A stretch of 64,000 nucleotides of DNA from a virus (lineage: Duplodnaviria; Caudoviricetes): the IMG/VR virus record IMGVR_UViG_2513237354_000022, positions 18,379-82,378 of that record. The stretch is one strand, 5' to 3'. The notes under the pieces were generated by a model. It was not told the DNA's origin. It searched no databases and saw only the letters and a list, made by a program, of their open reading frames with translations. Made by a program: the position numbers and the translations under genes. Below are positions 45,858 through 55,378 of this stretch, piece by piece (the first letter of the stretch is position 1; every line of letters starts with the position of its first letter).

Positions 45858-46275
45858 GTCCTTTTGCGTGGTATTCAGAATTGACTGGAATACGCAGCTT
45901 AATGCCGCGTTCGGCACACCACACCTCGATGCGGCGCAGATAGAAGGTCATCTCTTCTGTGTCGAGCAGCTTTGTCGACTGAACCCACTTTTGCACACCA
46001 AAGACAGTTACTTGTTTCGCTGGGCAGAACATGCTTTTGAAGAATTCGTGAAGCTCTTCGTCGGTATGCGTTTGCGATGAATGCTTGCTTGCAGCTGTGG
46101 CCACATCATCGTTCCACATCCACATGAGGGAGTTCTGGGAAAGAGTGCGCTTATCGCGCCATGGTTTGATGATCAGGCGGTAACAATCGCCTGATTCCAG
46201 CATTGGTCCGATCTGCTGACCGATAGCGGCAAAGTTGGATTTATGGAGGCGAATGCCATCTTTTTGAATGTTCAC
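45844..46275 (-). CDS. NinB/YbcN-family protein
   Basis: IRLHKSNF, KRTLSQNSLMWMW, STKLLDTEEM. Confidence 0.8.
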   Translation of the reverse strand: MNIQKDGIRLHKSNFAAIGQQIGPMLESGDCYRLIIKPWRDKRTLSQNSLMWMWNDDVATAASKHSSQTHTDEELHEFFKSMFCPAKQVTVFGVQKWVQSTKLLDTEEMTFYLRRIEVWCAERGIKLRIPVNSEYHAKGHDHV

Positions 46276-46511
46276 GCGTCACCCCCGAAGAGGGTAAGCG
46301 ACAGATACGACAAATCGCTGACGTCGGATAACGTCAGGCGGTCGTGTTTATGCTGATGGTGCAGCGCCATGGTGTTCTCCGTGGCGCAGATGGTCGTCAG
46401 TTTCTCAGGCTGACGCAGATATTATGGCTGGGCATGCAGGCAAAAGCAATTTGGCAGCAAAGAAAAAAGCCTCCGAAGAGGCTCGTATGTTATTGATTAT
46501 ATTGTGACATG

Positions 46512-46850
46512 TCACATCGCTAATTTGGTTTCGTGCCAGCCGCGCGTAACCCAGCATTGCGAATCACCGTCGCAAGGACACGACTCAACCGGCAGCGCAT
46601 CGCCACATTTCCCGCAGCGGTTCGCGCTGATGGCTTTGATGCGTCCGCGCACCCGGGCATCATCCTGGCGGATCAGCATCGCAACGTATTCGCTCATTTC
46701 ATACGGCGCTCGCCCCGGGCGGCGTGATGCGCAATTGCGCTCCAGCATCTCCAGTTCCTGCGTATCAAGTATGAGCTCAAATTTACGCCCACCAGCAGCG
46801 GCTTGCCGGGCGCGCTGGGCGGCTTTTCGTTCGGCAGCAGATTTAGCCAT
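46512..46850 (-). CDS. Conserved prophage hypothetical protein
   Basis: MAKSAAERKAAQRARQ; C-terminal CGKCG...CPC...CW. Confidence 0.7.
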   Translation of the reverse strand: MAKSAAERKAAQRARQAAAGGRKFELILDTQELEMLERNCASRRPGRAPYEMSEYVAMLIRQDDARVRGRIKAISANRCGKCGDALPVESCPCDGDSQCWVTRGWHETKLAM

Positions 46851-47713
46851 TGTCTGCCCCTTCGCCTGGTAGCGACTCAAGACCGCGATTCAGTTCGCGC
46901 TGCATACCACCTAAGATACGGCGCATACGGCTGATTTCCTCATTTTCAGTCAGCCGTGTAACGGCGCGCTCAAGAGCATTCGATATGCATATATCGCGGG
47001 GCGTTAGGATCAACGCCAAGCAGCGTGGCTAGATCCCGTTGGGCATCTGTCAGCCGTTCTTCTTCCCGACGGCGTTGCTCTTCCCTGCGCTTTTGTTCCT
47101 CCAGGCTTTCCTGGCGAACAGTTCTAGCGCGCTCCTCAGCAAATTTGATCTCACTTTCCAGCCTGTCTTTGGCTTTAAATGCCTGCGCGACTAAGTGGGC
47201 AACTTCTTCGCCGTGCTTTTTGGACAGGTTTTGTTCAACGTACCAGGCTCCGAACGATCTGCTTTTTATCTGCGTGCGCTCAACTTCCCGCGTCATTCCG
47301 TCCATCAGCAGTTTTATCCACGCATCACGCGGAAGATTGTCGAGTTGGCGCATGGTTGGGCCCTTCAGGGTGTGCCAGCCTGACTCTTTACGAACCATCA
47401 GGCCGCATCCGTCTGGGATATCTGACTTTTTCAAAAGTCCATCTGGCACTGCGAATACCACTCCACCAGCATATTTAAAATATTTGGTGTATTTCCCTGC
47501 GGTCACGTCTGCGCGGAAGTCGCTCATGCTCACTTTTACTTCGTAAACGATCGGGCAAAATTTGCTATAGCTATGAGCGATAGAGTAAACATCAGGACGG
47601 CACGTCCCGGATGGACCTAACTGCATATCCTCCCAGCAGATCCGCGCGGTATTCCTACGTAAATGTTCGGCGAGATCATGGGCAAGGTCGTTGTGTTTCC
47701 ATGTTTTGCTCAT
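46843..47713 (-). pseudogene. MmcB-like PD-(D/E)XK nuclease, frameshifted near 46985
   Basis: RPDV...YEVKVSMSDFRAD...KY motif; the C-terminal tail NALERAVTRL...EGADNG* is in another frame and ends overlapping the next ATG. Confidence 0.65.
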
Positions 47714-48417
47714 AATGCGCCTCCCCTCACTGCAAGGAACGTCCCCATCGCTTTATCGACAAGTTTGGTATTGTGGTATTTGCTGATAGCCCACGTGATA
47801 GCGAACAAAATCCAGCGAAAATGGCTGGTATATGTTTTAAAGGTCAGTCCGTCGCAGACATCCCATGCACTCCAGCATTCGGGCCAGTCAGCCTCATAGA
47901 CCGCTTGATACGCTTCCCAGTCGTTGCTGAATTCAGAACGACATAATTCGCGAACAACCTCACGAACTTTAGCTTTGTCACTGTCTGGAGTATCGTCTTC
48001 GTCATCCCAGTCTTCGTCTTCGGACTCTTCTGCCTCCGAATCATCCAGGTACTCACTCAAAGATTCTTTAAGGCTCCGGCAAAAAGCATCATGATCGTAC
48101 TCTTTTGCCAGCAGCTCGCGCGCTGAGCAGCCAGCGCCAGCTTCCAGCTTTTCGGACCAGTAACCGGTGTTAATACCGTCTTGCCACGGTCCAAAAAAGT
48201 CGAACATGTCCGCGATGCGGGAGAATGTCCAGGTCCCCATGTCGCCGGTCACGGTAAGATAGCCCGGCCAGGTGATCACGTCGAAGTAATAACAGGATGT
48301 GCCTGGTTGTTTCATGCGCAAGTGGCGATAGAGGCCATCATCACGAATTATCTCAAGACGATGAAAGGCTGTATCAACCAGAAAACGGCTGGATGTATCG
48401 AATTGGCAGCGTTTCAT
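47710..48417 (-). CDS. Conserved prophage hypothetical protein
   Basis: 235 aa, HRLEIIRDDGLYRHL...ITWPGYL.VTGDMG; translationally coupled to neighbours. Confidence 0.7.
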   Translation of the reverse strand: MKRCQFDTSSRFLVDTAFHRLEIIRDDGLYRHLRMKQPGTSCYYFDVITWPGYLTVTGDMGTWTFSRIADMFDFFGPWQDGINTGYWSEKLEAGAGCSARELLAKEYDHDAFCRSLKESLSEYLDDSEAEESEDEDWDDEDDTPDSDKAKVREVVRELCRSEFSNDWEAYQAVYEADWPECWSAWDVCDGLTFKTYTSHFRWILFAITWAISKYHNTKLVDKAMGTFLAVRGGAL

Positions 48418-48581
48418 TGTGCAGCTCCCTGACGAAGTTTTGTGGCTAATGTGTCAGCACGAACACGCTGAACATCCAGCTGCGTCGCCAGCTCACGCAC
48501 CAGCGCGGCAGACTCAGCACAATGCAGGTCTTTCGCCAGCGCATGCCCGGCAGCTACGAGTTCTTTGGTTTTATTGATCAT
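48414..48581 (-). CDS. Small Ead/Ea22-like protein
   Basis: MINKTKELVAAGHALAK…, 55 aa, overlapping start and stop with neighbours. Confidence 0.5.
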   Translation of the reverse strand: MINKTKELVAAGHALAKDLHCAESAALVRELATQLDVQRVRADTLATKLRQGAAQ

Positions 48582-48868
48582 GCTGCGTTCTCCTGATGAA
48601 TGATTACCAGATCCAGCTTTTGAGCCAGAGCGTGTTCCGCTTTTGCGCCTGCTGAGTTCTGCCAGCCGGAAAGCAGGAAAATGCCGTCAGCGCAGCGGAG
48701 CATCGCGAGACAAACATCCATGTACTCTGGCTGGCTCAGGCCATCGGGAAGCGTCGCGGGGTTTAACACCACATGACCTTCTGACGACAGACGCATCGCC
48801 TCGAAATGGAACGCAGGACGGTTATATTTCGGGATGCCGGTCATTGGCCCAGCAATGTAGATTTTCAT
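48578..48868 (-). CDS. DUF4406 (nucleoside deoxyribosyltransferase-like fold) protein
   Basis: IYIAGPMTG, LNPA, GWQNSAGAKAE. Confidence 0.8.
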   Translation of the reverse strand: MKIYIAGPMTGIPKYNRPAFHFEAMRLSSEGHVVLNPATLPDGLSQPEYMDVCLAMLRCADGIFLLSGWQNSAGAKAEHALAQKLDLVIIHQENAA

Positions 48869-50265
48869 CAGAAGTCCCTCTTCTTGTTGGGTCTGGCATC
48901 ATTCGCGCGACGCTTCTGCTCAGCAGCGGCCTGGTCGCAGTCGTAGATCGCGCCGTTGCGCTGGTCGCAGTAAACAACGCCGGTCGGGCCGTGGCGGTTC
49001 AGCCGCAGGAGTAACTCGGTTTCGCCCTGGTTTGCGTTCTCGTCGTAAGCGCCTTCGCGGTAGATGCCGATCCAGTAATCGCAATCCTGCTCAATCTGCC
49101 CGGTATCGCGGGAATCGCTCGGCATAGGGCGTTTGTTGGTGCGCTTCTCCAGATCGCGGTTCAGCTGCGTAAGCAGCACCACGATGCAGTTCAGCTCCTT
49201 CGCCAGGTTCTTCAGCCCCTTCGTGATAATCCCGTAGGCAAGGTCGTTGCGGTCAGCCTTGTCTGCGGTCATCAGGGTCAGGTAGTCCACCAGCACCATG
49301 CCGACAGCGCCGCGTTCGCGTTTGATGCGACGTGACTCTGCAACGATGTGCGCCAGCGTGATCCCGGGCGTGTCGTCGACGTACAGGTTTCCGGTTTGGG
49401 CCAGACGTCCACCAGCGGCAAAAGCCATTGCCACTTTCGCGTCGTCATACCGATCGGCATAAAACACGTCGGTATTTACGCGGCTGACCTGCCCGATCAT
49501 GCGCTCCACGATCTGCTTATCCGGCATCTCAAGGCTGAACATCAGCGCCGGGAGCTGCTCAACTTCGGCACAGTTGACGGCCAGCTGGCTGTAAAGCGTG
49601 GTTTTCCCCATCTTAGGGCGTGCGCCGATCACCATCAGAGCGCCCTTAACGAGCCCCTTGGGCTGCAAAAGGTCGTCAAGTGACTGGATGCCTGTCGATA
49701 GCCCGCGCGTCGCGTCTGAGTCGTTCCAGCGCGCTTCTACCTCATCAACCCAGTCGCTCATGACTTCGGTGAATTCGCGAAGCCCCCGGCGATTACCGGT
49801 TTTCGCGTAGTCAGCGATATCGGTGAACAGGGTCTGAATAGCGTCAAACTTCTGGCTGGTGGTCATCCCGTTGCGGGAATACAGCAGCTCGGTAGCGCTG
49901 GTCAGCTTGTCGATGCCGTAGCGCTCCATGGCTTTCTCACGCACCAGCATGGCGTAGTGAACGATGTTCGCTGCGCTGGGGGTGTTTTTGGATATTTCGG
50001 CCATGTAGGCAAAGCCGCCAGCCTGTTCGCCAAGACCTTTGGACTCCAGCGACTCAATCAGGGTGATCAGGTCGATAGGCTTCTGGTTGGCTACCAGCTC
50101 CCGCATCTCGGCGAAAATCACCTGGTGGGGGCGGATGTAGAACGATTCAGGCTTGAGCATCGACATGGCGGTCTGGCAGCGATCGCTACCGCTATCCAGC
50201 ATCATGCCACCCAGCACGCTTTGTTCCGCTTCGATGTTCTGCGGGATCATGTTCATGTCGGTCAT
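48868..50265 (-). CDS. Replicative DNA helicase, DnaB-like (phage)
   Basis: GARPKMGKT, VDYLTLM, QLNR, DSRDTGQIEQDCD, NRHGPTG. Confidence 0.93.
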   Translation of the reverse strand: MTDMNMIPQNIEAEQSVLGGMMLDSGSDRCQTAMSMLKPESFYIRPHQVIFAEMRELVANQKPIDLITLIESLESKGLGEQAGGFAYMAEISKNTPSAANIVHYAMLVREKAMERYGIDKLTSATELLYSRNGMTTSQKFDAIQTLFTDIADYAKTGNRRGLREFTEVMSDWVDEVEARWNDSDATRGLSTGIQSLDDLLQPKGLVKGALMVIGARPKMGKTTLYSQLAVNCAEVEQLPALMFSLEMPDKQIVERMIGQVSRVNTDVFYADRYDDAKVAMAFAAGGRLAQTGNLYVDDTPGITLAHIVAESRRIKRERGAVGMVLVDYLTLMTADKADRNDLAYGIITKGLKNLAKELNCIVVLLTQLNRDLEKRTNKRPMPSDSRDTGQIEQDCDYWIGIYREGAYDENANQGETELLLRLNRHGPTGVVYCDQRNGAIYDCDQAAAEQKRRANDARPNKKRDF

Positions 50266-51149
50266 AGCGCCTTCTCCCTGGTTTTCAGCAGGGTGTCAGA
50301 GCGCAGCAGATAATCGAAACTGGCGCGCCAGCCCCGGTCGTTCTCCCCGAAATAAAATTTTGGCGCTCGCTCGGCGAACGCGGCGAAGTAATTCTCCACA
50401 GCCTCGACGGTTGGCTCTTTCAGTTCGGTCAGCAGGCGTTTGATAGCACGGCGACGTTTGTCGTTTAGTGCCTCTGCCTGAGGAAGGCGGTCTCCCAGGG
50501 TGGTGTTGTATGCAGACAGCACTGCCTGGTAGTCGATCGGGGTTTTCTTTGAGACAGGTTTTTCTTCCTGCCCGACACACTCCCCCTCTGGGGGTTGGGG
50601 GGTATTAGTATTTATTGTATTTATATGTCTTTGGTGTTCCCCTGAATTGAGGGATTCTTCTTCCCCTGATTTAGGGGATTTTCCCTCACTTTGAGGGATA
50701 CCCTGATTTGAGGGATTATCCCCTGAATTGAGGGATTCTTCTTCCTCGTCATTTATCCCCTGTTTTGAGGGATTTTCTGTATCGCAGCTTTCACCAGCTG
50801 GTAGTAACCATTCGGCGGTGTTTTTGTTCGGTCCAATGCTACGGCCAACCTGAGTAAGCAGGTTCATTCCGACGAGCTGGACTCGCGCTTCGCTGACGCG
50901 CTTCTCTGGCAAGCGTGCTATCTGAGCTATCTGGGAATTGGCGATTCTGTCCATGGGCTTATTCCACCCATAGGTCAGGCGCAGAACAGCAAGCAAGACT
51001 TTGAATTGTCGCTTCGTCAGGTCAGCGCCTGCGTATTCTTCCAGAAGCATATTTGCCAGGCGCGTATAACCATCATCAAGATCTGCCACCCGACGCTCCA
51101 CGACCGTAAGAGTCGGTCTGATTGGTATGACTGTTGCGAGATTACCCAC
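50262..51149 (-). CDS. Replication initiator, lambda O-like
   Basis: GYTRLAN...LRLTYGWNK N-terminal domain; internal iterons; GWRASFDYL. Confidence 0.9.
   Translation of the reverse strand: MGNLATVIPIRPTLTVVERRVADLDDGYTRLANMLLEEYAGADLTKRQFKVLLAVLRLTYGWNKPMDRIANSQIAQIARLPEKRVSEARVQLVGMNLLTQVGRSIGPNKNTAEWLLPAGESCDTENPSKQGINDEEEESLNSGDNPSNQGIPQSEGKSPKSGEEESLNSGEHQRHINTINTNTPQPPEGECVGQEEKPVSKKTPIDYQAVLSAYNTTLGDRLPQAEALNDKRRRAIKRLLTELKEPTVEAVENYFAAFAERAPKFYFGENDRGWRASFDYLLRSDTLLKTREKAL
50638..50775. repeat. Replication origin iterons
   Basis: Six imperfect CCCT(G/C)ANTTGAGGGAT units; CCCCTGAATTGAGGGATTCTTCTTCC occurs twice. Confidence 0.85.
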
Positions 51150-51288
51150 GGTTTTCCTCCTTGCGTTTCAACTCCTCCAGAATGGCGCGCATCCGCTCCG
51201 CCACTGCCGGATTAACCGAACGCACGAAGCGATCGCGGGTATTGTTTTTGTGTACTGCGGTCTGGTAATAGCGGTTATTTTTTGCCAT
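51142..51288 (-). CDS. DUF2740-like small protein
   Basis: MAKNNRYYQTAVHKN…, 48 aa, RBS GGAGG; overlaps the O start. Confidence 0.65.
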   Translation of the reverse strand: MAKNNRYYQTAVHKNNTRDRFVRSVNPAVAERMRAILEELKRKEENRG

Positions 51289-51361
51289 TATTCCTCCTGC
51301 AATTACTGCCGTATTTGCACCTGAAGGCCGCATGTGTTCGAGCACTGCGGCTTTCGCCTTT

Positions 51362-51615
51362 TCAGAACAGGCCCGGCTGGGCGTTCCGTTTAACTCTTCG
51401 CTTATCCAGCCTGTCAGCGGGTAACTGCTGCATCTCCGCCCATAGCTTTGCGTGCCGTAAAACATCATCAAAAATCTTCCCCTTTCTGCTTGCCTGGCTC
51501 ATGCGCTTGTACATGTCGATAGCCTGGAATGCCCCCCCTGAGCCACTCCCAGAGAGAAACCGAGCTTCAACAGTTCTTCACGCACATGCTTTTCGATAAA
51601 TTCGATATGGTTCAT
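51362..51615 (-). pseudogene. Conserved prophage hypothetical gene with a frameshift in a G7 run
   Basis: MNHIEFIEKHV…AQGG|AFQAIDMYKRMSQASRKG…QPGLF*; 254 bp, one base short of an open frame. Confidence 0.7.
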
Positions 51616-51618
51616 GGC

Positions 51619-51939
51619 TTAATCCCACCCCAGCGGCCCCGGCCTGGCCCGTTCCGCTTTCAGCCCGATATCGGCGAGCGTTTCGACTGAGGCCAAATAT
51701 TCACGCGATACCAGCACCGCCTCCGGTGGCGCGGCCTGAATACCCAGGAAGGCCAACTCTTTTGCCATGGTGCTGAAATGCCCCTCAGCTTTGCGCCTGC
51801 TGGCGGTAGACTCGCTAATGCCCATATGTTCGGCGTATGACTTCTGGCCCACTGATGCAAGCCGGTTGAGCAGGACGCTTTCGATCTCAACCGGATTGAT
51901 AACTGGTGGGTCTAACTTTCGTGCGATTGCGTTCTCCAT
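51619..51939 (-). CDS. CII-like transcriptional activator
   Basis: IESVLLNRLASVGQKSYAEHMGISESTASRRK HTH; position after cro. Confidence 0.8.
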   Translation of the reverse strand: MENAIARKLDPPVINPVEIESVLLNRLASVGQKSYAEHMGISESTASRRKAEGHFSTMAKELAFLGIQAAPPEAVLVSREYLASVETLADIGLKAERARPGPLGWD

Positions 51940-51976
51940 TGGTGATAATCCCTATGGTGAATGGATAAGCCGCCAA

Positions 51977-52204
51977 TCAGGCGGCAGTGCCAGTGTGTGA
52001 AAACAAGTCCGGGTACAACTCTTCACGAGTTAACCCAGTAGCAGATGTAAATTTGGATATTTTCCGCACAGGCAAGTGACCACCTCTGCGCTTAAGCATG
52101 TTGATCGCCTGCGGAGTCACTCCAACTTTTTCAGCCAGAGTTTTCTGACACCCGCCAACAGCAGCAATAGCTTTATCTAGTGGGGTCAGTGATTTGTTGA
52201 TCAT
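51977..52204 (-). CDS. Cro-like (YdaS-type) HTH regulator
   Basis: GCQKTLAEKVGVTPQAIN HTH; LYPDLF end; divergent from the repressor. Confidence 0.85.
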   Translation of the reverse strand: MINKSLTPLDKAIAAVGGCQKTLAEKVGVTPQAINMLKRRGGHLPVRKISKFTSATGLTREELYPDLFSHTGTAA

Positions 52205-52225
52205 GTTGCCTCCGGATAAACATAA

Positions 52226-52275
52226 ATCAACATAATGTTGATCAACACCAGAAGATAAATCAACACCATGATGAT
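52226..52275. promoter_or_regulatory. OR-like operators
   Basis: 17-bp palindrome ATCAACATAATGTTGAT (52226) and ATCAACACCATGATGAT (52259). Confidence 0.7.
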
Positions 52276-52324
52276 AGATAAAAATTAACTTTTTGTTTAT
52301 TTTGCGGTTGCGTGGGGAGGGAAA

Positions 52325-53038
52325 ATGAAAACCATTAGCGAAAGAATCAAACACATACTCGTTACTGAGGGGCTAAAACAAAAAGAATTAGCCCTTGCGT
52401 TAAACGCATCTCCTCAAACGGTAAATAATTGGATTAAGCGTGATTCAATCAGTCGCGAGGCTGCCCAGCAGCTTCATGAAAAGTACGGTTATTCAATAGA
52501 TTGGCTTCTCACTGGTAGCGGAGATGCAAAGCAGCTAAAAAGAAATGATGGGTTGCCGCCGCTTTCTGAATGGGGGACGGTAGACACTTGGGATCGAAAC
52601 ACTCCACTACCGAAAGATGAGGTTGAAGTGCCGTTCTTGAAGGATATCGAATTTGCTTGTGGAGATGGGCGCGTCACAGATGAAGATTACAACGGCTTTA
52701 AGCTCCGCTTCTCCAAAGCAACTCTACGGCGCGTAGGTGCCAGCACTGACGGTTCTGGCGTTCTATGCTTCCCGGCTTCTGGCGACAGCATGGAACCAGT
52801 TATTCCTGATGGTGCAACTGTAGCAGTTGATACCGGCAATAAACGGATCGTTGACGGTGAGTTATACGCCATTAATCAAGGTGATCTAAAGCGTATCAAG
52901 CAGCTCTATCGCAAGCCTGGTGGTAAAGTGTTAATTCGCAGCATCAATCGCGAATATGATGATGAAGAAGCCAACGAAAACGATGTAGAAATCATTGGCT
53001 TTGTTTTCTGGTATTCTGTCTTACGTTACCGACGATAG
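52325..53038 (+). CDS. CI-like repressor (HTH plus S24 peptidase)
   Basis: LKQKELALALNASPQTVNNWIKR; ACG; SGDSMEP; LKRIK. Confidence 0.93.
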   Translation: MKTISERIKHILVTEGLKQKELALALNASPQTVNNWIKRDSISREAAQQLHEKYGYSIDWLLTGSGDAKQLKRNDGLPPLSEWGTVDTWDRNTPLPKDEVEVPFLKDIEFACGDGRVTDEDYNGFKLRFSKATLRRVGASTDGSGVLCFPASGDSMEPVIPDGATVAVDTGNKRIVDGELYAINQGDLKRIKQLYRKPGGKVLIRSINREYDDEEANENDVEIIGFVFWYSVLRYRR

Positions 53039-53066
53039 ATGTAGTCCGGCCATCGCGCCGGATTTT

Positions 53067-53264
53067 TCATACTCCCTTCCTGACAATCACCGCCGCATCC
53101 CGGTAAACTCCCTTACCGATCACATTCCCAGTTTCACGCCTTACCCGCTCAAGTTCTTCGACCAGATTAACTCTGTTGATAGGAACCCCGAACGCAATGA
53201 GGTTAATCACAGCCAAACCGATTGCGCCCGATAGCAGAGAAGCACGCTCCTCATCAAACTCCAT
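53067..53264 (-). CDS. Small hypothetical protein convergent with cI
   Basis: 65 aa with RBS GGAG. Confidence 0.55.
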   Translation of the reverse strand: MEFDEERASLLSGAIGLAVINLIAFGVPINRVNLVEELERVRRETGNVIGKGVYRDAAVIVRKGV

Positions 53265-53328
53265 AGCCGTCTCCTGTTGTTTTTTTCAGCATAACACGAG
53301 CTTGCAAAGTAATTAAATCAACACAAAA

Positions 53329-53400
53329 ATCAACACAATGATGTTTTTAATGAAAAATAAATCCACATTGAGTTGATTTAATAATCCACATGATGTTTAA
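53329..53400. promoter_or_regulatory. OL-like operators
   Basis: ATCAACACAATGATGTT (53329), ATCCACATTGAGTTGAT (53361), ATCCACATGATGTTTAA (53384). Confidence 0.6.
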
Positions 53401-53478
53401 TTCACTCATCCAAACAACGCACACAAATGCGCAGATGGTCCAAAACTCCGCTGGCCGGCGATAAGGCACGAGGATGAG

Positions 53479-53679
53479 ATGACAACTAACCACGCAGTAC
53501 CAAACAACGGTCGTGCAGTCGTAATGCGAAACAACCGCACCGGCGCAGCATGGCAGGTTTCCTACGACTACCGCGACGGCACCTACTGGCACGAACCGCA
53601 GGGCAGCCTGCGCAACATTCGCCGCCCCTATGCCTCACGCACCATCGAACCAAATCTTGTGCCTGCGGGGACTCACTGA
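53479..53679 (+). CDS. Early-left hypothetical protein
   Basis: 66 aa, first gene after the OL region; RBS GAGG. Confidence 0.6.
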   Translation: MTTNHAVPNNGRAVVMRNNRTGAAWQVSYDYRDGTYWHEPQGSLRNIRRPYASRTIEPNLVPAGTH

Positions 53680-53870
53680 TGGGGACTCTCTACGCATTAG
53701 TTCTAACGATCACCATGGCTAACGGTGATTTTCAGGATGCTGTTCTCGGCATCTACGGAAGCCAGAAGCTTTGTGAAGCGGCAGCGAGTGAGCAAACCAG
53801 CGTCACTAACTGTTATCCAGTCGAAACAATTATTCACTCAGACGATCAGTCTGGTGTCGCTAATTTTTAA
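53679..53870 (+). CDS. DUF1482/YebW-like small protein
   Basis: MGTLYALVLT...QDAVLGIY....C...A; TGATG overlap. Confidence 0.6.
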   Translation: MGTLYALVLTITMANGDFQDAVLGIYGSQKLCEAAASEQTSVTNCYPVETIIHSDDQSGVANF

Positions 53871-53881
53871 AGGAGCTAAGA

Positions 53882-54472
53882 ATGGGTTGCGATATTCATA
53901 TGATGGTTGAGGTTAAGCGCTCAATTAATGATGAAGAAAAATGGGTTAATTACGATCACTTCCTTATGAACCCATGGCATGGGGATGATGATGGCGATCA
54001 GGAATTTGATCGCATTGATTTGGAAAGCTCCCGTAATTATGCAGCGTTTTCTCAGCTCTGCGGCGTTCGTTCCTATGCTGGCAATACGCCGATGATTTCA
54101 GAACCTCGCGGCATTCCTGAGGATGCCTGTGACTACAGCAAAAAAGTGTCTGAAGAATGGGGCTGTGATGGTCACTCTCATAGCTTTGTTAGCCTTGCTG
54201 AAATTCGTGAATTCAGAAGCAAATTAGTCCCAATGCCATTCAAAGGAATGATTTCCGAAAAGCAGGCGGCGGATCTTGATAAAGGTATTAAACCAGACTC
54301 ATGGTGTGGATGGACAAGCGCTCCGGGATATGTTCATAGGGAGTGGGAAGATACTGTTGATGCTCTAAAAAATATCAATGAAGCCTTAGAAGCTCGCGCG
54401 CTGGAATTGTGGTGGCTGGAGAAAAACATTATTCCTGAAAATATTCGAATAGTTTTTTTCTTCGATAATTAA
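53882..54472 (+). CDS. Phage hypothetical protein
   Basis: MGCDIH…RNY..FS.LCGVR…RIVFFFDN, a recurrent phage protein pattern. Confidence 0.7.
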   Translation: MGCDIHMMVEVKRSINDEEKWVNYDHFLMNPWHGDDDGDQEFDRIDLESSRNYAAFSQLCGVRSYAGNTPMISEPRGIPEDACDYSKKVSEEWGCDGHSHSFVSLAEIREFRSKLVPMPFKGMISEKQAADLDKGIKPDSWCGWTSAPGYVHREWEDTVDALKNINEALEARALELWWLEKNIIPENIRIVFFFDN

Positions 54473-54555
54473 TAAACCCTTTAATTAGTCACTTATTAAA
54501 TACAGGTAGCCATTACGGTGCCGGGATTCTTACAACCTTTTTCAGAGGAAACGAC

Positions 54556-54723
54556 ATGCAGGCAAATACCAAACAGCAGCAGGCGAAAAACCTTATCGCT
54601 CTGCTGTGCCTGATGTACCACCTGGAGCCAGCTGATCTGGAAGAGATTGCCCACCAGCTCGCGCACTTCGATGCAGTTTGTGATTACAGAACACAGGGGA
54701 TTAACAATGCTGCGTGTCATTGA
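54556..54723 (+). CDS. Small hypothetical protein
   Basis: 55 aa with GAGG RBS, overlapping the exonuclease start. Confidence 0.5.
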   Translation: MQANTKQQQAKNLIALLCLMYHLEPADLEEIAHQLAHFDAVCDYRTQGINNAACH

Positions 54724-55378
54724 TACCGAAACGACTGGGCTGGAAGGCGGCCCGGAAACCGTGGTGGAAATTGCCAGTGTCGATATCGTCGACGGTGTGA
54801 TCTGCAACCCAATGAGCGACCTCGTTAAGCCAGGCGTGCCGATCGGTTTTGAGGCCATGGCTATTCACCATATCACCGAAGATATGGTGGAAGGCGCGCC
54901 GCTGCTCAGTGAAGTAATTGGCCGCTATATGGGCGCCGACGCCTACGTCGCCCACAACGCAAAGTTCGATAAAGCCAAGCTCCCTGCGATGAACGCTCCG
55001 TGGATCTGCACTGCCAAGCTGGCGCGCTCACTCCTGCCTGAGCACAAGAGCCACAGTAACCAGTACCTGCGCTACAGCCTCGGGCTGAAACCGGAAGTAC
55101 CGGGAGGGCTTTACGCTCACCGCGCGCTGTATGACTGCTACGTCACCGCCGAATTGCTGCTCTACATGGGACGCCTGGCGAAATGGACGATGGGCGAAAT
55201 GCGCGCCATCTCCAACAATCCTTCCCTGCTTAATGCGCTCCGCTTCGGCAAGCATAAAGGCGTCGCGTTCTCCGAGCTGGCAAAGACAGAACCGGGTTAC
55301 CTGCGCTGGCTCGTCGCCAACAGTGACGATGAAGACGTGCTGTTTACGGCTAACCACTGGCTGAACGGGGGCAAATGA
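54707..55378 (+). CDS. 3'-5' exonuclease, ExoX/DnaQ family
   Basis: IDTETTG, VAHNAKFD, AHRALYD; C-terminal FGKHKG. Confidence 0.88.
   Translation: MLRVIDTETTGLEGGPETVVEIASVDIVDGVICNPMSDLVKPGVPIGFEAMAIHHITEDMVEGAPLLSEVIGRYMGADAYVAHNAKFDKAKLPAMNAPWICTAKLARSLLPEHKSHSNQYLRYSLGLKPEVPGGLYAHRALYDCYVTAELLLYMGRLAKWTMGEMRAISNNPSLLNALRFGKHKGVAFSELAKTEPGYLRWLVANSDDEDVLFTANHWLNGGK

Noticed and set aside
50638-50775. Repeat cluster as a CRISPR array
   Set aside because: Short irregular spacing within a coding gene, no unique spacers or cas genes; fits origin iterons.
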